From contig NC_082723.1 of NCBI RefSeq assembly GCF_030144855.1, positions 14,384,001 to 14,448,000 on the forward strand: 64,000 nt of DNA, read 5' to 3'. Source of the DNA: Hypanus sabinus (lineage: Eukaryota). Made by a program: the position numbers and the translations under genes. The notes under the pieces are model-generated. The model had not been told where the DNA came from and ran no database searches. It was given only the letters and a program-made list of their open reading frames with translations. This document shows, one piece after another, positions 40,372-50,988 of this stretch. Positions within the stretch are counted from its first letter, which is position 1, and the number at the start of each line of letters is the position of its first letter.

Positions 40372-40881
40372 AAAATACCTAGGAACATTGTTTTAAACAT
40401 AATTCAGACATTATCCTCCAAGTCTGTCTCTTTTAAAGTTCAAAAGATAACAACGAAGACAACAATGAAATTAACTCAGGTTATATGCATTTTGACATTA
40501 AGAAAGATTTGCATTTACATTCATAAACTCTAGACATCCCATTAGTCTTCTGGCAGCACCTCCCAAACCAGCCCGCTCCTGGATTGGGAAGGACAGCACC
40601 TGCATGGGAACATGACCAGTCCCAGTTCTCCCTCTCACACCATCCCAACCAAAAGATACTGTGTCAGTGCTCGGTCAAAATGCAGGAACCACCAAGATCT
40701 TCTCAACACTATCCCTGGATGGGTAATAAATGTCTTTCTTTGACAATGGTGCCTGCAACTCAAGAATAAATTTCAGAAAGATTAGTGGCTTCGCCTCTGC
40801 TCTCCCAAGTTCTTTCTCACAAACTGGGGCCCCTTCAGACATTTTCTTCAGTAAATGCAAGGAACCAAAACTGGTGCTCAC

Positions 40882-41058
40882 ATTGATGATCATGAGATGC
40901 ATGATTGTCTTGGGCATGAGGTCTCGGATGGTCTTGTTGACAATACCCATGTACGAGTCAACCAGGTTGCGGATGGTCTCCACCTGCCTCTCCAGCTGGG
41001 GGTCCATCGAGTGCATGAAATTGTCCCCAGAGCCATTCTCTTCATTCTCGGTTTGCTG
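40882..41058 (-). CDS. DNM1: Dynamin-1 PH-GED linker/GED exon (human exon 19 equivalent); alternative start at 41055
   Basis: ttcataag|CAG|CAA...ATCAAT|gtgagc; (Q)[58 protein letters not shown]. Confidence 0.98.
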
Positions 41059-43643
41059 CTTATGAAGGGGGAAAAGAAATATTAGGTTGTCGCCACAAAT
41101 AAACTAAAAATTTCAGTGAATCACTCTGCTCTTTAAAGGCTCCAGGAGAAGGGACATTCTCTCCACTGGAGGCACCGGAGTCTCCTTGTGTAAACAGTTG
41201 AACATCCTTTTGGAAAGGAGGCAGTGATCAGAGTCCAGTGTCAATATAACCTTAGAAGAGGTTTTTGACCTTTAGACCTATCTGATGTTACTAAAAAGCA
41301 GAGATTTTCTAAGAGACTCTTCCAAGATATGACTTGTTTCCAGGAATGCTATAAACTAAATCATAAACACAACACCAACAGAATATATCCTAAGTGTAGT
41401 TAGGCCCTTATAATTATTCACATGGTCCTGGGATACTCACAGAACTTACACATAGTACTGATATTCCCAGAGAATGGTCATGAATGTCAAAGCCTTCGGG
41501 AGTAAACCCTGAGAGAAAAATCTGGAGCTGGAGTCCCTTGGGCAGTTCTATGTTGAGTTCAAGGCTAATCGGTAACTGCTGCAACACCGCTGGTGCTAAA
41601 CTGTATCGGTCTCTGCCATTCCTTTGGGTTCATTGGATGCGTGGAGAGGGGAAGCTTGCTCTCCATATTGCACTGCTCTGGTTTGCGTATCTAGACCGCT
41701 AGGATGCAATATCCATGGTTGACCTTGACTGGCGAATGCCTTATCATGGTCACAAATCACTTGCATAGTCCTTAAATCCACTGAAATTCATTGTAATTCC
41801 TCAGACCTCTAAATATGCTTACAGCCTCTAGGCACCACCTAAGGATATTTATAGACACCAGTGAGGCTGGATCCCCTACCAGCTAAGACACACTTCCCCT
41901 GTCACTCATCTGCCCATCCTGTCCTACCCATATTAAATCTGGCAATATGAAATAACTCCTCATTTAATAATATATGCTTCAAACTAAATTTCTTCTTTAA
42001 TATTTTTTGAAAATAGAACAGAGAATTCTTTTTGTTGTATTTTCTAGAATTAATTATTTTCATTTATATTAAACCCCACTGTGTGGAGGTTTACCGTGGC
42101 TGATCTCACCCAAGCTAAGAAGGGTCAAATATAAGAAACGTTTCTCTCAATATGGATACTTTCTTTGAGCTAAATTTCTAGTCAAGAATGGAACAACAAA
42201 GGCTCTTTCATCTCACCTAACCAGCTAATTCCACAGACTGTGTATAACCTTGCCTTCTCATGAACTCCATCTATAATATTTACTCTCTTGAGGGAAAGTA
42301 GTGTAAATAGTTTCTAATTCCCAAAGGAAGTGCTGCATAAATTCAGAAATGTTCAACCACCCTCTCCCTGCACAGATTCGGCCTTTGCTCCTCCCAGGCC
42401 ATTTCCCTTGCATCCCACTCAGCTACTATTGTGCCATATAAAGAATATCATTGAAGTATTAGAAAGGGTAGAAGTTGAGAGTCCATTTCTAAGGCTAAGG
42501 AGAACAGAGCAGAGCCTTTGTGTCAAGATGAGGATTATGAAGGAGGTGAAGGGAGATCTTATCATTCAGAGGACTATGATATCTTGGACGTTCAGTTGCT
42601 GAGTATATTCTACACCACGATCAACAGATTCTTGGAAACCAGTCTAAGGTTTGGAAGTCACTGAAGGAATACCTTCATTCATTTTCACCAGAGCACAAGA
42701 AACCCGGGGAAGGCCCCAGGGAATGAATAGTATTTCTTTCACAATTGCCAGCTCCAGCGTGATTTAATTCCTAGAGGGACCATCAAACCACTTTGCTCCC
42801 TCACTCATACCATTAGTCAGCTGACAGATTCATCTTCACAGTGCTCCTGTTCCCCACAGCTGATTGGAAAGCAAGCACAACTTTTTCTTAACCATTGGAT
42901 GATTACTGGCTGTCAATCAATCAAAATGTCCCCACCCTCCAATTGCCTACACTTGTGATATGATTTCAGGGATTCATAGTTAATTTCTAGTCATCTCCAG
43001 GATGTTCCTAAAGCATTAGCAATCCTTTCATTGTGTAGACTCTGGTAATTGTGCATTCCAAGTTCTGAGGAAGTGAATGTTTCATCTCAGAAACAGCCAG
43101 ATTTACACAATTTATTCTCCAAGCCACCTCACAGTTTTTATGACATTGTTCTTAATCACCAACCAAAGTTTCCTGTTATTAAATGCATCAGTTTCCAATA
43201 TTGAGTCACAACTAGTTGGAAAAACATGTTGATATTCAGTGTCCCATCTTTGTAAATGAAGGGGGGGTGTGGTATTGGAGTGAGGCAGTAATGTCTACAT
43301 GGGTGGCCCCTCCAACTCTGGGACAGGAAAGGAGGACTGCTTCTCACAGCAGTACAGATGTTACCACAGAGAGCAATCTCAGCTTGGAGTGCACATCACC
43401 AGTCTTGTCCAATGCTTGCCACACAGCACATGTACCTAGACGGGAATCTTATCTGGATTTTTGGAAATAATAACTGGATTATAGGCACTACTATCAGATA
43501 TGTGATCATAATAGTCATGCTTATAGCAAATATGCTTGTGATCTTAATAAGACAGTAGGATTCTTTTTTTAAACCAGTGTGAATAGTTTACCTTTTTGAC
43601 TATTGAATGGAAGCAGATGATTGTTAAATAAAATATGCATTAC

Positions 43644-43668
43644 CTCACCTAAGTGAGATGTATTTACT
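43644..43668 (-). other. DNM1: Candidate poison microexon (25 nt containing TGA, or 20 nt frameshifting)
   Basis: tTGCttctcaccattttag|AGTAAATACATCTCACTTAG|GTGAG|gtaatg. Confidence 0.4.
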
Positions 43669-43791
43669 CTAAAATGGTGAGAAGCAATTCAAATAATGTG
43701 TCCACAGCCACGGATTTGACAAGCCAATACGTTCTGGTGCACACAATCCTCTACCACGAAGACAATGGTGAAGAACACATCATAAACAGAG

Positions 43792-43902
43792 CATGCACTG
43801 TATTAACCACTGGGCATGCAACTCACACTGACTTCAGACAGGGAAGCACGGCAACCATATCAAGGACACAGGCAAATAACAAAATTAGTTCTAGGTCATG
43901 CA
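43792..43902 (-). promoter_or_regulatory. Cluster of three RBFOX TGCATG elements downstream of the 12-nt microexon
   Basis: catgca on the + strand at 43792, 43815 and 43897. Confidence 0.65.
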
Positions 43903-44018
43903 AATCAAATACAGACAGGCACAACCAGAGGTAGAGCAAAAGAAATAAGCAGTAACTCTGAAATCAGAGAGAAGGAAACTGTTTCAGAAAGGAGGGTAAG
44001 AGAGATAAACCAACTTAC

Positions 44019-44030
44019 ATTTTCCTTATC
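44019..44030 (-). CDS. DNM1: Dynamin-1 12-nt microexon DKEN (human DKEK, exon 18 equivalent)
   Basis: gaccag|GATAAGGAAAAT|gtaagt; phase 0/0; supplies the residues between YPERVG and the next exon. Confidence 0.93.
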
Positions 44031-44499
44031 CTGGTCATAGGTGATGCAAATTAAACCAATTAAAGGAGGAAGAAAATTCATTTATTCAATTAATCACCCG
44101 TTTAGCAACAAGGAGCAAGTAGAAAAGAACAAATGAATGGACAAGCAGAGCAGTGTCAGAGGCATTCTATGCACAGCAGACCCATCAATGAAACAGGACA
44201 CAGGAAGTAATCACTGCAACAGGGTCAGCTTTTACAGGTTTTATTTTAAGTTCAGAATTCCAGCACCTCAAAGTACAAAATAAATTAATGATTGAAGTCA
44301 CCATATACTATCCTGTGATTTATTTGCATGAACTTTATTCCTCCTGTATTTTCTATTCTAAAGGGCTGTGATCAATGTTGCTGGCACTTCTAATCCAAAG
44401 CAACACATACGCACACACACACAATTTTGGAGAATCTGAACAGGTCAGGCAGCAGCTATGGAAAAGAGTAAACAGTCGTCATTTCTGGCCAAGATCCTT

Positions 44500-44785
44500 T
44501 TTCAAGTCAAGTCAAGTGACTTTTTATTGTCATTTTGACCATAACTGCTGGTACAGTACATAGTAAAAATGAGACAATGTTTTTTCAGGACCATGGTGTT
44601 ACATGACACAGTACAAAAACTAGACTGAACTACGTAAAATCAACACAGAAAAAAAAACTACACTGGACTACAGACCTACCCAGGACTGCATAAAGTGCAC
44701 AAAACAGTGCAGGCATTACAATAAATAATAAACAGGACAATAGGGCAGTAAGATGTCAGTCCAGGCTCTGGGTATTCAGGACTGA
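44500..44785 (-). mobile_element. Rex/Babar-type LINE 3'UTR fragment
   Basis: (CAAGT)n tail followed by ttttattgtcatt, the tail layout seen in the other Rex fragments here. Confidence 0.55.
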
Positions 44786-44838
44786 GAAGGAAGGGAGAAG
44801 ATCTGTTGTGATATGGTCCCTCCTCTTTTTCTGGTCTA

Positions 44839-45000
44839 AAACGAGAAAATCTGCAGATGCTGGAAATCTGAGCAACACACACAAAATGCTGGAGGAACTT
44901 GGCAGGTCAGGCAGCATCTATGGAAAAGAGTACATTCAACATTTTGGCCCCATAGATGCTGCCTGACCTGCTGAGTTACTCTAGCATTTTCTGTGTGTTG
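44839..45000. mobile_element. Fold-back Penelope-derived mini-element with 14-bp TSD
   Basis: About 52-bp inverted arms at 44872-44923 and 44950-45001; ctttttctggtcta at 44825-44838 and 45001-45014. Confidence 0.85.
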
Positions 45001-46657
45001 CTTTTTCTGGTCTAGCCTGTTCTGCAAAGCCACAACTGCCATGTTAGGCCAAGAGGCTGTGGAAATCTTCACTGCCCCAAGTGTAACCCTGCCCTCACTA
45101 TACCAACAATCGTTCATGACGGAGGCAGGAGCCCTGGATGGGTTTTCTGCTTCTCTGCTATAACCAGTGCTGGAGTAGGCTCTGAGAGAAAGAAGGTAGC
45201 TCTGATTCAGAAATCCCCACTCTCTTTCTGTATACAACATAAATTGCTTTAATTTTGCAATTGCTGATGACACCGCTGGGCATTTGGGAAATTCGGTCAA
45301 TGATACTGGTCAAGCATCTTCAGTTGGCTTCAGTAAACATTTACTCTGTAAATTACAACAGCTAGAGCTCCTCAATGGAAGATTGTCAGTATACCCCAGT
45401 GTGGAATCAAACCAGAAGTGTGTCACAGAAAGGAAGGCGTGCTGAAATTCAGTGAAGTTGCAGTGTGAGCTGCAGATCTCCCTTTAAATGAGAATATCCA
45501 CATCACAACGGAGAATCTCAAGAATTTCGTTTCTTGCCACAGGAATTCTGTTGGCTGACTTGGGATGTCTATCCTGATTTGTGATTCTTTGAGCTCACTG
45601 TGGCTGGGAAATGAAGCAATCCTTCTCTCTGTCACTCAGTCTCTCTCTCTCTCTCTTATACACATAGAATCAAAGAGGCATACAGCAATACAGCACAAAT
45701 ACAGGTTCTTCGGCCCACTGGGCCCATGCTGTCCACAGTGCCGACCCAGCTAGTCCCAACTTCCTGCATTTGGCCAAGCTCCACCACTCCATGTATCCAC
45801 CTAAGTGCTTCAAAATGATACCAGTGTAACTGCCTTAGCCTCTTCCTCTAACGGCTCAATCATTTACTCTTTACCCTCTCTGTGAAGAAGTTGCCCTTCA
45901 TGTCCCTTTTCCACTCTCACCCTAAACTAACCTATGCTCCTCCCTGTGTTTGAATTTCCCTAACTCTTCTCTGGACACAGATTTCTATCACTCTATCTGT
46001 CCATCTCTCTTTCTCCCTCTCCTCTCTCCCACGACCCCAAAGCAATCAGTGATCATGCACACAGGTACCACACAGCATCTTTCACTCTTTTAGTGTCTTC
46101 CAGTTCTGATGAAGAATCGCAGGTCTGAATCATGAATTCTGTTTTTCTTTTCACAGATGCTGCCTGGCCTGCTGAGTATTTCCATCATTTTCCGTTCTTA
46201 TTTTGACTTCAGATTTCCAGAATCTCCTACATTTTTCTTTGGGTACAGTAATATTCGAATCAGAGCAAAGTTCCCTCTGGAAAATCGCCCCGCCCCTATC
46301 CACCTTTCCCCTCCCCTACCCAATCTCCACTCCCACCATCACTACTCACCAGCCACAACTGCCTGTTTGTATTCCATTTCCCATCACCAGTTAGCTCTAT
46401 GACTTCTCTCTCTCTGACGAAGGTTGCCAAATCTCTGGCATAATTAGGAATTTTATTGTGAACTTGAAACTAGAAGGGCGGATCTGCAGTGCTCGTTTCA
46501 CTGAGGCGCAGAATAAAGCCCTTCATCCCATTCCATTACAAAGAATCTAGATTTGAATATGAATCAGTCTTATGACCTACTGCAAACCTCCTTCCCCACC
46601 CCACAGCTCCTCGAGACCAGGGCTGAACCTCCGCCAGCAGTGTTGGTGTGATATGTA

Positions 46658-47220
46658 CAGTCGGCCCTCCTAATCCGCGAATTCCACACGCGCAAATTCA
46701 ACCAACAGTGAATCACAGAAACCCGGAAGTGCTCTTCCAGCACTTGTTGTNNNNNNNNNNNNNNNNNNNNNNNNNNNNNNNNNNNNNNNNNNNNNNNNNN
46801 NNNNNNNNNNNNNNNNNNNNNNNNNNNNNNNNNNNNNNNNNNNNNNNNNNNNNNNNNNNNNNNNNNNNNNNNNNNNNNNGGATGTGCGTAGGTTATCGTG
46901 GATCAGGATTTTTAAAAATCGGAAGTTCTCTCAATAAGTAAGTCGGAAAAGGAACAGCCGGTATTATTTAGCATCAGTTAGTCAAACGTTTGTCTTAGTA
47001 TATAGTATATATTTTACCTTTCTATGCATATAAAACACTTAAGAATATATGTTTCAGTGCCGGGCTCGGGTTCCCGAGTTCGATCTAGTGACAGATCGCT
47101 ATCGAGTGCGCTCTCCACCATGCCGTGTTGATGTGGAGGATCAAAAACACAAAACCCCATAATTAAACCACTGCATTGCTTAGTAATAATTATAGCTTTC
47201 ATCGGGCAGAGCCTTTCTCA
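46658..47220. mobile_element. TcMar-Tigger/pogo-like non-autonomous element, spans the gap; right end not found
   Basis: TA + CAGTCGGCCCTCC...ATCCGCG...ATTCAACCAAC, a MER2/MER8-like TIR. Confidence 0.6.
46751..46879. other. Assembly gap (129 N)
   Basis: Run of N. Confidence 1.
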
Positions 47221-47224
47221 CTCC

Positions 47225-48472
47225 ACACACAAAATGCTGGTGGAACACAGCAGGCCAGGCAGCATCTATAGGAAGAAGCACTGTCGACGTTTTGGGCCGA
47301 GACCCTTCGTCAGGACTAACTGAAAGGAAAGATAGTAAGAGATTTGAAAGTAGTGGGGGGAGGGGGAAATGTGAAATGATAGGAGAAGACTGGAGGGGGT
47401 GGGATGAAGCTAAGAGCTGGAAAGGTGATTGGCAAAAGTGATACAGAGCTGGAGAAGGGAAAGGATCGTGGGACGGGAGGCCTCAGGAGAAAGGTGGGGG
47501 GGGGGCACCAGAGGGAGATGGAGAACAGGCAGAATGATGGACAGAGAGAGAGAGGGAAAAAACAAACAACTAAATATGTCAGGGATGGGGTAAGAAGGGG
47601 AGGAGGGGCATTAACGGAAGTTAGAGAAGTCAATGTTCATGCCATCAGGTTGGAGGCTACCCAGCCGGTATATAAGGTGTTTTTCCTCCAACCTGAGTGT
47701 GGCTTCATCTTGACAGTAGAGGAGGCCATGGATAGACATATCAAAATGGGAATGGGATGTGGAATTAAAATGTGTGGCCACTGGGAGGTAACTGCTTTCT
47801 CTGGCGGACCGAGCGTAGGTGCTCAGTGAAATGGTCTCCCAGTCTGCGTCAGGTCTCACCAATATATAAAAGGCCACACCAGGATCACCGGACGCAGTAT
47901 ACCACACCAGCCAACTCACAGGTGAAGTGTCGCCTCACCTGGAAGGACTGTCTGGGGCCCTGAATGGTGGTGAGGGAGGAAGTGTAAGGGCAGATGTAGC
48001 ACTTGTTCCACTTACAAGGATAAGTGCCAGGAGGGAGATTGGTGGGAAGGGATGGGGGGAGGAACGAGTGGACAAGGGAGTCGCGTAGGGAGTGATCCCT
48101 GTGCAAAGCAGAAAGAGGGGGGAGGGAAAGATGTGCTTGGTAGTGGGATCCCATTGGAGGTGGCGGAAGTTACGGAGAAACATACAATGGACCTGGAGGC
48201 TGGTGGGGTGGTAGGTGAGGACAAGGGGAACCCTATTCCAAGTGGGGTGGTGGGTGGATGGGATGAGGGCAGATGTGCAGGAAATGGGAGAGATGCGTTT
48301 GAGAGCAGAGTTGATGGTGGAAGAAGGGAAGCTCCTTTGTTTAAAAAAGGAAGACATCTCCTTCGTTCTGGAATGTAAAGCCTCATCCTGAGAGCAGATG
48401 CGGTGGAGACGGAAGAATTGTGAGAAGGGGATAGCATTTTTGCAAGAGACAGGTCCCATCCTGTCTCTTGCA
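47225..48472 (-). mobile_element. Penelope-like element 3' part: RT C-terminus, GIY-YIG endonuclease and terminal repeat; frameshifted
   Basis: KNAIPFSQFFRLHRICS, RVPLVLTYHP, CKWNKCYIC, FTC...VVYC, LYIGET, VATHFN, QPDGMN motifs. Confidence 0.93.
47283..47317 (-). ncRNA. Minimal type I hammerhead ribozyme motif, G12 mutated (probably inactive)
   Basis: GTC CTGACGA AGGGTCTCGGCCC AAAA CG TC GAC in the Penelope terminal repeat; consensus needs GAAA. Confidence 0.7.
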
Positions 48473-48609
48473 CTCACAGCTACCTGGACTATTCCTCTTC
48501 CCACCCTGTCTTAACCAGGATACTATTGAATGTCAGAGCAGGTTTAATATAGCAACTCCAGCTTCTTTTCCTTCTGTTTAACAACAGCTTGCAGCTATAG
48601 AGCACCTTT

Positions 48610-48960
48610 CATAGAACACACAACTGCCATGATGTTGTGTCGACCTTTAAACCTACTCCAAGATCAGTCCAATCCTTCTGTCTTAAATAGACCTCCATTT
48701 TCCTTTCATCCGTGTGCCTTGCTAAGGGTATCTTAAATGTCCACAATGGATCATCTTCTGCCATCACCCCTGCATGCATTGCATGTACTTCCCACTCTCT
48801 ATGTTAAAACTCGATCTCTGTCATCCCTCCCTATACCTTCCTCTAAGTCCTTAAAAAGATGTCCTCTGGTATCAGCCTTTTCCAACCCGAGAAAAGGTAC
48901 TGGCTGTCCACTCCATCCATGCCTCTTATCACCTCTATCAAGCCTCCTTTCATCCTCCTC
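48610..48960 (-). mobile_element. Degenerate CR1 3' fragment
   Basis: catagaac tail and similarity to 25380-25530. Confidence 0.55.
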
Positions 48961-49179
48961 CCGAGCGGCAAAAGCAATAGGACTACATTCAGACAAACCG
49001 ACTGGGAACATCGACTATCTATCTCCTCTGCCTAAGCTGCTGAGTTTCTCCAGCACTTTGTGTGTGTAATAATCAGACGAGATCTGATACTGAACCATGT
49101 AAGGAGATGTTCAGAAAGGAGAGGTAAGGTCATGGTTAGATGGATGGATAAAGAAATAGGAAAGATAAATGGAGATATA

Positions 49180-49565
49180 CAAAGTTCAAAATAAATGTAC
49201 TATCAAAGTACATATATATCACCATATACAGCCCTGAGATTCATTTCCTTCTTGTGGGCATACTCAATAAATCTATAGAACAATAATCATACCAGGATCA
49301 ATGAAAGACTGCTCAACTAAGACATTCAACCAGAATGCAGAAGACAACAAATCTTGCAAATACAAAAAGAAGAAACAATAATAAATAATCAAGTAATAAA
49401 TATTGAGAACATGAGATGAGACATTGAAAGTGAGTCCATAGGTTGTAGGAACAGTCAATGATGGGGGAGGTGAAGTGGAATGAAGTTATCCCCTTTGGTT
49501 CAAGAGCTTTATGGTTGAGGGGTAGTAACTGTTCCTGAACTTGGTGATGTGAGTCCTGAGGCTCA
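49180..49565 (-). mobile_element. Rex/Babar-type LINE 3' end fragment
   Basis: gaggggtagtaactgttcctgaac...gaggctc matches the Rex ORF end at about 53530-53580. Confidence 0.65.
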
Positions 49566-50067
49566 CAGAAAGAGAAAGACATTGGGAGTGGGAATTCTAG
49601 AGAAATGCTAGGCACCTGTGGTCATGACCACCACCACTAGTGATGTAATTAAAACCAAGGAAGTGTATTGATGCAACATTGAGGAGCAGGGACATCCCAA
49701 ACAGTTACTAAATGAAAGAATCCAATGTTCTCTTGCAATGCACACCATGGCTTCAGATTTCCAGCATAATTTGAGGGCCCTTATCTGCCACACATGGGCA
49801 AGTTCTATTTTTGGGTTCTGGGAAGGGCATCTGGAGAAATAATGGCAACGTGTTACTTACTAGGTAATAGGTTTCTGGCAGAAAACTTTAACGAGAGGAA
49901 TATCCTCTGAATATATTCCCTACCATGTGGACGGACAGGTACTGTAAGCTGGATAACATGTCGAACTTCAGGCTTTAGGCAAGTTCAACGCAATTTGGTG
50001 CTTAAATTATTAGTTTCTGACTCTTAAGGAATGCCGGCATGGCCACATTTCTCGGTTTCTCCACTTC

Positions 50068-50365
50068 AGTGGCTGTCTTACATCTCCAGGGACTAGGGTT
50101 CAATTCTGACCTTAGGTGCTGTCCTTGCGGTTTGTCTGTCCCCCCACGACTACATGGCTTTCCCCAGGTCTGCTGTTAAGCTAATTACTTATTGTAAACC
50201 ACCACTTAGTTGAAGGTTAATGCCTAAAAAAGGGTTAAATTATTTTAATGGACATCTGCGTGAGAGATACAAAGAAATAAGAAGAGGATGAATGGGATTG
50301 CTCTGCTAGGAGCTGGCATGGACGTGATGGGCCAAATGACCGCATGCAATATTGTACTGTATGAG
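50068..50365 (+). mobile_element. Degenerate V-SINE
   Basis: gggttcaattctgacc B-box and a CR1-like tail. Confidence 0.5.
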
Positions 50366-50782
50366 AAGTCTTTTGTGGGCACTTCGAGTCAAAGAGGATT
50401 CAGAGGTGGCCGTGCAGCATCTAACTGGATTCACAAATAGGTCAAACGGGTTTGGGTGGCAGATTCCATACTGTGTCTTGCATCTTTCACAGTCTTTACC
50501 CTGAACAGGGCAATAATTGTAAAAGCGAGCAAAAAAAAAAATTCCATCGGTCAGGCAGCATCCATGGAGGGAAATGGACTGCTAATCTTTTGGGTAGAGA
50601 CCCTGTATCTCTCTAGATGACCAGAAACTTTGATTGTTTTGGAGTCCAAATGAACAGTCTCGATCTGAAATATCAACTGATCATCTTCCGTTTTGCAGTT
50701 TTGAGCTTTGGTCCAGATTCCAGCATCTGCAGTCTCCACTGCCATTATGATATAAGAACATAATTAAGATCCAAATTATGTT

Positions 50783-50988
50783 GCCTGTAAGGAGTTCTCC
50801 ATGTGACCTCGTGGGTTTCCTCCGGGTGCTCCGGCTTCCTCCCACATTTCAAAGATGTACCAGTTGGTAGGTTACTTGGTGATGTAAATTGTCCTGTGAT
50901 TGGGTTGGGGTTAAATGGGGGGACTGCTGGACAGCACGGCTCGAAGGGCTGGAAGAGCCTATGCTGCGCTGTTTTGCAATAAATAAAT
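50783..50988 (+). mobile_element. V-SINE, 5'-truncated
   Basis: GTGGGTTTCCTCCGGGTGCTCCGGCTTCCTCCCACA core; colinear with the 17350 copy; (AAAT)n end. Confidence 0.85.

Noticed and set aside
46648-46941. ORF spanning X residues
   Set aside because: Artefact of the assembly gap.
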